From: Euprymna scolopes
Lineage: Eukaryota
Direction: 5' to 3' (one strand)
Assembly: GCA_053919585.1 (NCBI GenBank)
Contig: CM132786.1
Length of the DNA: 64,000 bases
Part shown: positions 49,988 to 62,625 of the stretch, in pieces
Layout of the letters: every line of letters begins with the position of its first letter
Numbering within the stretch: the first letter of the stretch is position 1
Program-made: the position numbers and the translations under genes
The notes under the pieces: model-generated
Seen by the model: the letters and a program-made list of their open reading frames with translations, nothing else
Databases searched by the model: none
Told to the model about the DNA's origin: nothing

Positions 49988-50041
<54 letters not shown>

Positions 50042-50829
50042 GGTAACTTCAACTTCAGAAGAAGGACAAAACTGTCTGGATAGATGACTCTATGACCGAT
50101 TAAGATGAGATATTGATTAAAAAATAGAGAGATAAATGATTAAGTTACATTAAAAATTTACTACATTATTATGTCAATAATGAATAGGGTAATTAATATA
50201 AGTGTAAAGAAAATAATCCTCTTTATGCCATGGCATTGCAATGCTTAATAGTTCTCCTTAAAAGAGGAGAAAAACAGCATTTCATAAGTGTAAGAGCAAT
50301 GGGATCTTGGGGAGGCTTATTGCCACTCAAATTCCAGTGAAGACCAATGACCGCCGACGGTGAGAAATCAATGGTAAGCCGCTGTTGCGATAATGCAGAG
50401 TAATTATCAAATGTTATGGAAAGAGGTGGAGATTACTGGAAACCTGGAGAGGATTGTTGTCACTCAGCTTCCAGGGAACACTACAGCTTATTTTAAAGGA
50501 GAGATCTTTGATGACCAGTGTGANNNNNNNNNNNNNNNNNNNNNNNNNNNNNNNNNNNNNNNNNNNNNNNNNNNNNNNNNNNNNNNNNNNNNNNNNNNNN
50601 NNNNNNNNNNNNNNNNNNNNNNNNNNNNNNNNNNNNNNNNNNNNNNNNNNNNNNNNNNNNNNTAATAGTAATTTGTTGTCACCCAGACTCTAGTAAACAC
50701 CACATGTTGTTGTCACTGAGGAATCTTTGCGAACACCTAGTGAATTCAAATAATTTTCTTATTTAAACAACAAAGATATTAGAATTTAATTTGGAATTAA
50801 AATGTCCAAAAAGACAGCTTAGAATTAAG

Positions 50830-53075
50830 AGGGTGTTTGGTGATCATGATTTATTCACCTTAGTCTCAGAAGTGATCCTAGGTCACTCACAGCATTTATG
50901 TAGCACTCTATTTATATACTAGCCTGAGATACACGGATTACTTTTTATATATATTTTCACCTTTTCGCAGACTGTCGTGTTCCTGACAAACCTGCAAGAC
51001 TGCGAGGACCAGAAAGCTTTACTTATTGATGTAGTCCTTATTCTATGCGAATGACATGTTAAGCATGTCCATATCAATCCTGCGAAATCTGATTAGCACG
51101 TCATATTCTTAAACACACCACTTAATTTCCTACCAAAGCCTGATGAGCAATTACTACGAATTACAACCTACTTCGCAAAATCTTATTATAAAGCCATTAG
51201 GGATCATATCATATTTTTTTCTTTCTGATTAACAGTGTCAAAATGCAGCAATCGAATGCGTTAAAACTAGCATTTATACACAGTTCAATCTCAGAGTTAT
51301 ATAGCAAACCTCCAATTTTTTTTATTTTAACTTGTGCAGCAGCCAGCCCCCCCCAATTATGTATCTCGCCGGTTATTAATAAAACAACTATCAACAATCA
51401 GTGATTTATATCTGCAAAAACCATTTTAGCAACGAACTATCTGACGCCAACAAAAAGCATACCGAAATAGCAGCAATAAAAAAAACATAAAATCGCAGAA
51501 ACCAGGGACTCGCGATTCCTGCAAAATTTATAATAATGTAAGGAAAGAGGTCAACTAGTAATGCCGCATATATTTAACAACATATACGTCGTTTGCAGAG
51601 CAATTGAAAAAGCTGAATTCTGTTGGGCGATTGGTCCCGACATCATTTTTATAGCTATAAAACACTTCTTTACCGAATTTCGATATACAGATCAGAGCGC
51701 CACCTCCTAATCTTTTAATCATTTCTCCTCATGTCAACAATAATACAAAAACTCAAACCTTCAAGGCATGTGGGCCTAATCTTTTCCCTGCTAAAATAAT
51801 TTATGGTCCGTTGAAATGGTCATTGTATACCCAAAATCTACAACGAATTCCATTGTTGAATTTTGTTTTCCTGAAAGCTTGGGCATTGCCTCTGCGTTTA
51901 CAGTGTACTAGAATTATGGCCAAAGAATCGACCCGCTCAGTTGTTGCTATATTATCCTCCCATCCTAGTTAAATATTTTAATTAGCAATAAATTAAAGAC
52001 CAATCAACCACTTCACGAAACTAATTTTTTTCAGATCTAGAGCATGAGTTTTAAATAAACCCGTTCCATTGCGAATATTATACCCATTATCTCTGACTAC
52101 ATACGCCATGAACACGATAAGGTAAGAACACCTCAGGTAGTAGCCTTTTCCTAAGATAATGTTTCGCTTATAGTGTTTCTAATGCAAACTAAATCATACG
52201 GTATTAATGAACAAAACTTAACTGTTGTTAATGTGGATATGTCTCAGGAGTCTATCGTTCCTTTTTTCTTCCTGATAGTCATGAACAATTACCCTAATGA
52301 ACTTGTATCTGCTATTGGATATGCTTACTTATGTTACAGCGCTCGATGATAGTATGAGGACAAAATAATGTGCACATAGGTAAGTTGATTGCAGAAACAA
52401 TAGGACTAATGTTTCGTTCATAGTAGAACGTGCATGCAAATACATGGTGAAATTATGAACTACGACGATTCAGCTCATGTTGTTTTACAATTACAAGAAT
52501 CTTTTTCAACGTTTAATACCTACTAATAATAATTGCAGTGATTATACTTCCAACGATTCGGTTTTAAATTCGCAGACATCAACTCGAACAAATACATTAG
52601 GTACAATTCAAGGCGCTTGCAGAGAAGCTGACTTCTTATACCATGATAAAAAGTTACTCACATCTGACACAATATTGTATCCATGGAAAGCATCCTTTCT
52701 CGGGTGCATGGAATATTGTTGCCAAATATGTGTATTTCCGTTCGATAAAGTAAAAAAAAAAGTTGCTAATTTAATAAGGCTTGAGGTATCAGTTAAACTC
52801 CAACCCCGTGAATATTTTAAAAGTACTTAATCGAATGTGCCTTATGAACTATTTGAACTTCAACTTCCTTGTAGTGCATAGCTCAAACCTGTCTCGTAGC
52901 AAACCTACATGCCTTTACTGTAGATATCCTTAGACATTTAAAATCTTTGAAATCTAATAGTTTCTTCCACTATGGCTTCTTCACTTTGTAGTTTTGTCTT
53001 TGATTCCTACTCCGATCAAACTATTTACAAGCAGAAGTTTAATGTAATATGAATATAAATCTTGCTAATCTGTTT
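50830..53075 (+). mobile_element. Old, highly decayed CR1-like LINE
   Basis: GCMEYCCQI..FDKVKKKVANLI at 52477-52830, SQES-like motif near 52243, and SNSFF-like 3' motif. Colinear with family A. Confidence 0.7.
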
Positions 53076-53974
53076 ACAAAATTATATATCGACATGGCTG
53101 CAAATTGAAGCTTCTGACGAGAAAATTACAACGTAATTATTTTTTTTGGGGGGGGGGGACAAAAAATGCAAACGTTTGAGAGTTCTCCCAGAAGACAACA
53201 TTATCTTTATAGGAATGAAAGAAAAAATCATAAAGTAAATTAATTCATAGGCAGTTATAATAAATAAGGCGAAGATCAACCAGGTGGATAAACTAGACAT
53301 ATATGAAGAACTTGCCAGAAATCTGAATAGAATGTGATATGTTAGGAAACTTTATATAATAATAGTAATTCTAGAAGCTCTAATGACTGTTGCCCATAAC
53401 TTGAGAAAACGACTAATTGAAATATTAATTAAGAGTAATACTGAGACTCTACATACTCTTTCATGCTAAAAACAGTTGTAATCATAAAAAAAAATTCTAG
53501 AATGCCGAAGTTAAACTACCTGAGCGACAGACGCCACTCGACGACATAGAACCTGCAACAAGAGTAATGTCAAAACATAGAAAACAAAAAACATAATACA
53601 GAAGCAAAACAAATGAAACCGACCAAATTTTAAATGAAATGTCGCCTTCCTAATAATACAAAACGAAAAACAGAAACGAACGAATCATAGTGTCGGTATC
53701 GATTACTGCCGATCAAAATAGTGAAATGTTTAGGAACATTAAAATACAGAGGGAAAAACGCACAAACCAGACGTACACGGCATACGCCTCATGAAGTCTA
53801 AGATCTTGGAAAGACATTGTATCTTTCAAATTAATAGTAAGTTTTTTTTTTGTAAAAAGGAACTGAATAGCATACGTCTGTTCAATAACACAAATTTATT
53901 TATGGAGTTTATTGGAAGAGATTGAGAGTATTGAAGATATATGTAGATTAAATGTCATCCAATCTCCGGCGAAC

Positions 53975-54962
53975 ATCCTTGGACCACTATTATTCCTAAT
54001 ATTCATAAACCATCTCCCTGAGAAAATTGTCTGTGATACTGGTATATATGCTAATGACACCACGATCTATAACAGACACGACAGGAAAACAAATGAACAC
54101 ATATCTAAAGAAATGGCAGAAACACTAGAGGATGACCTCCAATCTGTAGTAGAATGGGGACAAAAATGGATGGTCACATTCAATGCTGCCAAGATTGAAC
54201 TTGTTTCCTTCAATACATACAAGAAACCTTATCTACTACCAATAGCACTGGCCAAAGACTCTTTATCTGAAAGTGCATCTTTTAAACTTCTCGACCTAAC
54301 CTTCACAGGAAACATGAGTTGGAATAATTACATTGAGAGCATTGCCAAAACATCATCGAAAAAGGTAGGTTCTCTCTACCGTGCTAGAAAACTACTAACG
54401 CCCGAAAGTATCCTGTGCCTCTATAAGGCCACCATTCGCCCATGTATGAAGTATTGTTGTCATATTTGAGCTGGTGCATCTTCTATTAGTCTCTCACTCC
54501 AAGACAAGGTTCAAAAGAGAGTCGCCAACATAATAGGTTCTGAACTGTCATCTAACCATCAGACTCTGTCCCATCGAGGAAATGTTGCATCCCTCTGCCT
54601 ATTCTACAAGTACTTTAACGGTGAATTCTTCTAAGAACTGCAAGCACTTATACACCCTCAAATGTGAATACCTCCAACACACCCGAGAGGCAGCAAAATC
54701 TCACCCTTCACAGTTGAGATCCTTAGATGTAAGAAAGTCTTCTACTCCAGTAGGTTCTTTCCGAGAAGCACTCGACTTTGGAATTCCCTTCCGGGTGCCT
54801 GCTTCCCCAACTGTACTGACATGCAGAAGTTCAAGTGTAACGTGAATCGACATCTTGCTGCCCAACTCCCCACATAGTATTCCTGTAGCTTATGTCTCTG
54901 ATAGTAGCCTCTACATCAAAGTGGCAATTTGCCTTGTTTGGGATGAAAATGTCATAAAAAAA
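53975..54962 (+). mobile_element. 5'-truncated CR1-like LINE (family A)
   Basis: ILGPLLFLIFIN...GIYANDTT...KATIRPCMKYCCHI, conserved 3' UTR and A-tail. Confidence 0.95.
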
Positions 54963-55157
54963 TTTCTATGTGAGCAATTCTTGTGAGCACAATATTTGTC
55001 ATATTGTTGGAGGGAAAATACTCTGAAGACATGCCCAAGTCTATAGCTTCTGACGATCTTTTCCTATTCTACGGTTCTCTTGTAGCTTAATTACTGAACT
55101 TAGTTGACCTTTTTTTATTGACACGAAAGATGTATGAAACGAATAATTAAAATATTA

Positions 55158-56160
55158 CGAGCGGCGTGCAATAAGTCCTGCCCTTGACCCATTTCCCATA
55201 ACAGTAGAGCAACGAAACTTGGCACAGTTATCAGTCTTTCTCTGCATAGGAAACAATTAGAGTTATGCATTTCTTCCATCGTTTGATGCAGCTCTGGAGA
55301 CTGTTTTTTTAGAATACACCAGGTTGGTCCTCCAACCACGACGTGAATTCAGAAACCAAGGTTGCATCATCTGGGAAATACTTTCCTTTCAAAACCAACT
55401 TCAGGACTGGGAAGAGGTGAAAATCAGAAGGTGCAAGGTCAGAAGAGCAGGGAGGATAGGGGATGAATTCTAACCACACGCCCTTGTTTCTAATCTGGCG
55501 ACATGCGAGTTGTGCACCAGAGCGTTGTCCTGTAGAAGGAGGGGACCTTTGCTGATCTTGCCCCGCCTTTTGATTTTGACAGCTTCTCTTAATTTCCTAA
55601 AAAGTGATGCATAATAGGATCCTGTAATCGTGGTCCCTTTACCAGGAAATCTGTTATAACTACTCCGTCCTGGTCGCAGAAGACTGTGAGCATGACCTTG
55701 CCAGTGGAGGGATGCACCCTTGTCTTCTTTGGAGGTGGTGAGTCCAAGTGCTTCCACTGCATTGATTGGGCTTTGGTCTCTGGGTCATTGTGAGGGATCC
55801 AGGTTTCATCCTGTGTAACCAGTCTTTAGAAAAACTTTGACTCATCTTGGCACATCTCCAAATTCATCCTCGAGCACTCGATTCGTTCTCGCTTCTGGAA
55901 TGGTGTGAGCAACCTGGGAATCCATTTGTCAAACCCCTTATGCATATTCAAATGGTCATGAATGATAGTTTCTACAGACCCTGTACTAATCTTGGGCTAT
56001 TTGGCGAATAGTAATACACCGATCTTCAAACATGGCAGCCTTAACTTGACGGACAGATGCCTCATCAATGGCAGAAGGGCGGTGATCAGATCTGGGAGCT
56101 GTTTCCACAGACTTCCGGCCATGTTTGTAATTCACGATGCCAGCGGTTTACAAGGTTATA
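55158..56160 (-). mobile_element. Mariner element, 5'-truncated (same family as 1-325)
   Basis: TA|CGAGCGGCGTGCAATAAG end. YNLVNRWHRE, WIPRLL, VTQDET, LLQDNA..H and DLAPSDFHLFP motifs. Confidence 0.9.
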
Positions 56161-59100
56161 TTTTTTTTTACATAGGCGTCACCACTTATCAAGGCCGATA
56201 GGCCACTCAAGGATAAGGGTTAAAGAGTGTAGTGTAGTCAAAAGGACAATATATAATCGATAGTAATGGAAGTTCGGTAAATTTGTTAACTTAAGTGGGA
56301 TGGCTCATCAGAAACTTGTTCACGTTGGACTTGAAGACAACCATATTATAGACAGCTGGAAAGCAGGAAAACGGAAGACAATTCCACAGGCGTGCAGTTC
56401 TAAGAAAGAAGCTATGTTCATGGAATCTATGTTTAGGTTTAGGCACGGATAAAGAGTCGGGAAAATTATTGATAATGTTTTCAGCTAGTCTAGTGTTTCT
56501 TGTGAAAGTTTGGCGAGGGGGGACCATAGATTGAATCTCAGTCGAACACTTTCCATAAAAATAACGATAAAGCAGAGACAAACTCGCAACATCTCTTCTG
56601 TGAGATAGAGGTTGCAGCGAAGAGAAAAATACATCTCCCACTAGGCCTCGAAGTCTATTTTGAACCCTATCAAGACAGTACAAGTCTTTTCTAGCAGCTC
56701 CTGCCCATATGTGGCAACAGTATTCTATCCTTGGACGTATCTAGATCTTATATAGATAGAGAATTGCATCAGCAGTGAGATATCTACTGGATCGATAGAA
56801 GGATCCGACCATTTTCCAGTGGCCTTGACAACAGATTTGATGTACGCATTCCATTTAAGATCAGGAGTAAGCGTCAAGCCCAGAATCCTGTCAAAACATG
56901 AGGCCTCCCTAAGACGAGAGCCATTCATTTTAATTGATGCCAGATGGGGATCAGACCGTTGATGATGTAAAGATAGAAGCTTGGTTTTAGATGCATTAAA
57001 AGTAACCAGCCACTCCTTTCCCCATTGTACAACGTGATCAAGATCAGAGGAGAGAGAATCGGAGAGAATTGGTTGTTTACTCTCTTAGATGTGCTACCAT
57101 AAATCGTAGTGTCGTCAGCAAAAATGTCTACGAATGATGTAAGGATGTGATTTGGAAGATCATTAATGTAGATCAGGAAAAGAGTTGGACCCAGGATGGG
57201 CCCCTGAGGGACTCACGCATTTATACTGTGAGCTTCTGATGTTTGCCCATCAACTACTACTCCTATGAACCTATCAGAGAGAAATGATTTAATAATTGAG
57301 AAGACATTTCCAGCTATACTATAGCTGGAGATCTTGTGAAGTAAACCTTTATGCCATACCCTATCAAAGGCCTTTGATATGTCAAGAGAAAGGTTGCCTC
57401 CGTCGAGAGATTCGCTAATCCTATGAGATATAAATATAAGCACATCTGTTGTAGATCTAGCAGAACGGAAACCATATTGTGTGTCACTAAGAAGGTTATT
57501 TTTTCTGAGATAGTTGATTACTTCTCTATTTAACACAGATTCCAGCAACTTACTCATGACGCACAGGAGACTTATTGGCCTGTACTGACAGGGGGGGTGA
57601 ACGATCACCTGAATTCTTAAATACAGGGCATACTGATGAGAGTTTCCAGGGTGATGGGAAGCAATTCTTCTTAAGACAACGTATAAACAGTTTTGTAAGT
57701 ATGGGTGCTAGTTCTGGTTGGGGTTTTCTGAGTACTATAATTGGAATACCGTCAGGGCCGGTTGCTTTACTGAAATCAAGGTTTTCGATTAGCTTGGCAA
57801 CATCACGTACAGATATTTGTATATCACATAGTGTGTTTTCTGATACAGGGGGGAATATTGGGGGTTGGCGGCCTTGGTCGCAAAGGGTAGAATTAGCTGC
57901 AAAGTTCTTGGCAAAGAGTTTGGCTTTGGCTGATGCTGACGAGATTAACTCAGGTCCATTGATGATAGTTGGGATAGAGCACACGCTTCTGTTCAGGATG
58001 CTGTTTGCAATTTGCCAAAACTGATGGGTACCAAGCCGCTGCTTAGCTACTTTGGACTTGACGGACTGAGCATACAACTCTCTTGCGTTCTTTATTACTT
58101 TCTTACAATGGCTGCTGGCAGTCCGGAAAGTGGCTTTAGTTTCCATAGATCTATTACGTTGGAAGCAGTGGAAAAAGTGATTTCTGTGAACAATGGCAGC
58201 AGCACATTCTGGAGAGAACCATGGTTGGCTGTTAGGTTTTTGCTGGAACTGTTTCGAGGGTATGAAATGTCTATACCTACAATTAACCATTCTGTCAGGT
58301 CTGATACTATAGACGACACATTCTTTTTAAACATGGAACGCAGAGGAAGATCCGATATAAATGTACGGAAACTATCCTAGTCAGCCATAGTGTATCGATA
58401 TACTGTACGATTGAGAGGTACGTCTGAGGACTTATTACATTTCATATTTATCTTAATTGATACAACTGAGTGGTCGGAAGATCCAAGAGGAGACAGAATG
58501 GAAACTGAACATAGTTCATGGCAAGTTGTGAGAAAAAGGTCTCGGAGACTTGCATACTGGCCGTCATTGTCGGGCACACGGGTGGGTACGTGAACAATCT
58601 GAGTGAGGTCATAAGCAATGGAGAAACCATGACAGAATCTCCCCTCATCATCGGTCTTGTTTGAGTGGGTCAACCATTCGACGTTGTGAACATTGAAGTC
58701 TCCACATACGTGAATGTTAGCTGAAGGATAAGCAGATAAGACTTGGTCAATTTTCTCAGATATGCTTTGAAAGATAGTAACTCCGCTGTTGTGGGGGCGA
58801 TAGAGAGTAAATATAAATGCAGTAGTGTGAGCTAAAGCAACCCGGAAGCACATATAAGGTAAGTTAGGATCTTTCTTGGAGATGTCCCTCACACATGGAA
58901 AGCTATCTTTAATATAGGCACATATTCCATGCCCATGGCGATCTTGGGGGTCAGATTTGGAAGTTAGGTTAGAGTATCCTTTAATTACGAATTCATTTAG
59001 TGAAATAGTTTGTCCAATTCCAGTTTCGCTTTAAAATAAAAGGTCTGGGTTAGTCTCCTGTAATTGGGCTTCAACCTCTGGAAGGTTAGAACGTATACCC

Positions 59101-59600
59101 CTGATGTTGGAGAAGGAGACATGGTAGTGGGGGTCTCCGTGGGAAGTTTCAGATCCGGGTTTAATCGTGTATTTTTTATTGAAACTTGTCATGATGGAAT
59201 TTTGGAGTTTGTGGACTAGGTCGTCAGACTTGCTTAGAGCAGGACAGAGAGGGAAAAGAAAGAGAGAAAAGTTACGAAGATTTTTTGTAGCACATGATAA
59301 GGTAAAGCCGTAACAATTACCCACTAGTATGGCATCGAGAGGCCCCAATAGAGACTACTGCATGGTCCAGAATCCATTCACCAAATAGCAATACAGCAGC
59401 CCCAGTACTTTGCGCCTGCTGATAGGACAGTCCCCTTAGTGGTTAACCAAGGTTCTGGTCCCTGACTATCAGGCGGATAACGTCAGCCCAGATAAAACGT
59501 TTACCTCAAGCACCCTTACTAGTGACAGGGCTACGAGGATAGAAATAGAACAGAAAATTTCCGCCATCTCTGTCGAGTGTTCACGCAAAGTACTGCGAAC
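56161..59600 (-). mobile_element. Near full-length, frameshifted CR1-like LINE (family B)
   Basis: Successive ORF pieces from SFSNIRGIRSNL (APE start) through GDFNVH, SDH, QYRPISLL and LDISKAFD to RTARLWN. A-tail at 56161-56169. Structured 5' UTR at about 59195-59600. Confidence 0.95.
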
Positions 59601-59714
59601 CTAGAATAAAGCTTTTTGTTCTCCCTTTGTCAGAAAAATCACTCATTAAAAAAATGAGGACTGAGTGACAAATAAAAAGAAACGAGAGAAAAAAATCTAT
59701 TAAGTATTGTACTT

Positions 59715-59900
59715 AAAAGTCCAGAGGGTCATCTGTTTTTCTAGAATTCTTGTACACTGGTACCACAGAGGTGATCTACCAGCTAAGAGGGAAGCAAGAT
59801 GAAACAAGACATTTATTGTAGAGCTTGGAAAGTACGGGGCTAGCGCAGCTACGCATTTCTTAATTAGTATAGCAGGGATACTATCAAGCAAACATGCTTA
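59715..59900 (-). mobile_element. CR1-like RT fragment
   Basis: DSIPAILIKKCVAALAP, homologous to 14897-15060. Confidence 0.7.
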
Positions 59901-60049
59901 TTCAATTATATTTCACCCTTTCTTTATACCAATCCTTTAATTTATAAAGCTCGATGTAACTACTGAGCATGTACAAATAAATTAAAAAAAGTTTATATTC
60001 CAAATTCCAAGATGTTTTACATCTTACTGTTTATTTTATTTATTTTTTG

Positions 60050-60405
60050 CACCATGTTAAAATGTTCAATTCTTGACAGCACTTATTTCGTGGTGCGATG
60101 TCGTTCATGCAATTATTATGTCAATTTTTTATTTGTTCTCTCCTTGACTCATCAGAGGAATAGAAACTCATAAACTTTTAGTTACGCCATCTTTGAATTT
60201 GGAAATTCAAAGATGGCGTTACAAGAAGAAATCTTCTCTTCTGATTTTCGGATATTGTAACCATGTCCACATTCCTTTATTTTTTTTTAAAGTTGATCAG
60301 TTCCTGTTCTTTTGATGAGTTGGGGACGGAATAGTATAAAAGGTGACATGATGAGTGATTCTGCTTTGCGAGACGGGTGCTTTCAAGAATTAAACATGTA
60401 AACTA
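60050..60405. mobile_element. Degenerate MITE with a perfect central palindrome
   Basis: AATTCTTGACAGCAC / GTGCTTTCAAGAATT and ACTCATCA / TGATGAGT arms. 17-bp perfect inverted repeat at 60184-60219. Confidence 0.65.
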
Positions 60406-61146
60406 TATACATGCAAACAGGTGCATAATCGCCTATATTTGTCTAGATATATGGTCTTGAAGACATATCTCTATAAACTTATAAAATATATTTACATTCT
60501 AGTGGTGCAGAAAATATAAACTACACAAATGAAAGAATGACAACCATCGACATTAAGATTATATATAGATATGAAAATCTGCCTGTGTAATTACTTCAGA
60601 CACCGTAATAGAATAGAAAATATAACTCTCAGTATATCGCTTTTATTTAAATCATATAAATAAGCATGTATATTGGTTCACTAATTGTTAATTTGACTAT
60701 ATGGACATATATTTTATAAATAAAGAAACAAATAATTGAAAAATGAGAAACAAATAAATGGATAAAAACCAAGAATAAAATAAATAAATAGAGTTTATGA
60801 ATAAAATAGATGGATAATGGAGTCGCTACCAGAAAAGAAAAAAAAACGACCATAAATTACTAAGATGGGAAAGTAACAGCAACGAGAGTATATTACTTTA
60901 GATCAAAGCGAAAATCTGAGGCAATTAACAGCCGCCAAATTAAAATAATACCAATACCCCCCACTGCGACAGCTTGACCATATGGGATCGTCCTTCCCCC
61001 TACTTCCTTCTCCCCCAGATTACTCCCTTTCTTCACCACACCTTCCTCCAAAACCACCACTGCTCTAATTCACAAAGTATACGCCCAAATATATTTTATA
61101 AAAAACGAATGCAAACTTGACTCTCGTTTAATTATCGCCCCTTTTG

Positions 61147-61202
61147 TGGCCTGATGAAGTGGGATCTTTCAATTGAGAAAACTATATGCACATATGTAAC
61201 CA
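61147..61202 (+). ncRNA. Possible degenerate type I hammerhead motif, family 4
   Basis: TGGC / CTGATGA / AGTGGGA-TCT-TTCAATT / GAGAAAAC-TATATG-CA-CATAT-GTA / ACCA. Several mismatches. Confidence 0.35.
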
Positions 61203-61315
61203 ATAATGTTGATATAATAAACATAGTATTTACCAGATCTGTACTTTACAGAGCATTCTTTAATAATCATGCAGGTTTCATTGGATTTACATAAAGGAAA
61301 CCAATCTATAGAACC

Positions 61316-61392
<77 letters not shown>

Positions 61393-61539
61393 TGGGAAAT
61401 AATGCGTACCATTGTGTTTCCGTGTTTCACAAAAAATATATTATTATTTTTATTATATTTTTTATTTAATTTCTATAATATTCAATCCATAAATATAATT
61501 TTTCTCATTCTTTATTTGTGCCTAAATCAAAACGTAGAT

Positions 61540-61770
61540 TGCATGAACAAAGCTTCTTTCTTAGAAGTGCACGCCTGTGGAACTCTCTTCCGTTTGCCTG
61601 TTTCCCACCTGACTACAACATGGATGTTTTCAAGTCCAACATAAATACATTTCTGATAAACCGCCTCCTTAAGTAAGACACTTTATCAAATCTCCATTAC
61701 TAACGATTACTACGATATTATCCCATTGACTACTGTACACGCAATAACCCTTATCCCCGAGTGGTTCCCT
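61540..61770 (+). mobile_element. 3' fragment of CR1-like LINE (family B)
   Basis: Reverse complement of about 39120-39315 (HEQSFFLRSARLWNS...). Confidence 0.85.
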
Positions 61771-61789
61771 AATTATTTCAGCGTGCTTT

Positions 61790-62625
61790 ATTTTGGCTGT
61801 TGCTATTTCTTTCTTACAATGATTTCAAGCATATACGAATTTCTGTCTGTTTTTATTTTACTCATGACTTACAAAACGGTTGTCTTTCTGCAATAATAGC
61901 TGCAGAATATGTCTTTAACAATGGGGTGAGTAGAGTTTGCTTCCATGTGAGAACATGTGCTTCAAATGCCCGTTTTGCACCATTTAGTTGTCTCATTAGT
62001 ACAGCCAAGCCTTTCGGAAGTACCTTGTTGTTTTGTGCAATAACTCCTAATTTTTGGGCTGGGATTTAAGTACGATGGCAACTGATACCACTAGGTCGTC
62101 TGAGTAGACTGTGGGCATTAGTCACATAACTTTTGGGAATTGTGGTGGGGAGGAATGAAGCTTGCTGGGGTTCACGATCTGGTAAGCGGGTTGGGAATAT
62201 TACTGTTAGTGTAAGGGTATGGGTTTATGAGTAGAGCGTCCAGCTTCATCTTTGTAATCTGAGAAATCGTGCAAATGTTTATGGTGGACATTAAAATCAC
62301 CAAATATATGTATTAAGGCATTACTATCTAAGGAGAGTGCTGCATCTATTAAATACATTATCGATTACGGTACATTCCTGACTTGATGAAGAACGCTAGA
62401 AGTAAATATAAGTAACTAATACAGTGATTAAAAACGTGCCGAAATGCTTAAGTATTTAAATGGGATTGGTTTACTTAATACCAAGATATTCGAGGAATTT
62501 ACTACATCATATAGGTTACCTCTAAGGGCATAGATATTTGTGAAAATAGGTCTCAAGGGCGGAGACGAATATGTTTTGTTTGGGTGGGTGTCTGTTTTGA
62601 TCGTGATATTTGTTTTGGTTGCCAT
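61790..62625 (-). mobile_element. Decayed 5' (APE) part of a family A-related LINE
   Basis: SPPLRPIFTNIYALRGNL resembles PPPLRLAFTNIRGLRTNL. GDFNVHH remnant near 62280-62300. Confidence 0.75.

Noticed and set aside
50055-50095. CAGAAGA-AGGACA..TGTCT hammerhead-like motif next to (TA)n
   Set aside because: Both core segments are mutated and stem I is not identifiable.
37882-50703. ORFs containing X runs
   Set aside because: They read through N assembly gaps and have no coding evidence.
50300-50720. Recurrent TTGTCACTCA..TCCAG motif around a gap
   Set aside because: Probably a decayed retroelement 3' end, but too degenerate and gap-interrupted to classify.
51139-51175. CTGATGAG as a hammerhead core
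   Set aside because: It lies in decayed CR1 coding sequence, with no stem II/GAAA or stem I.
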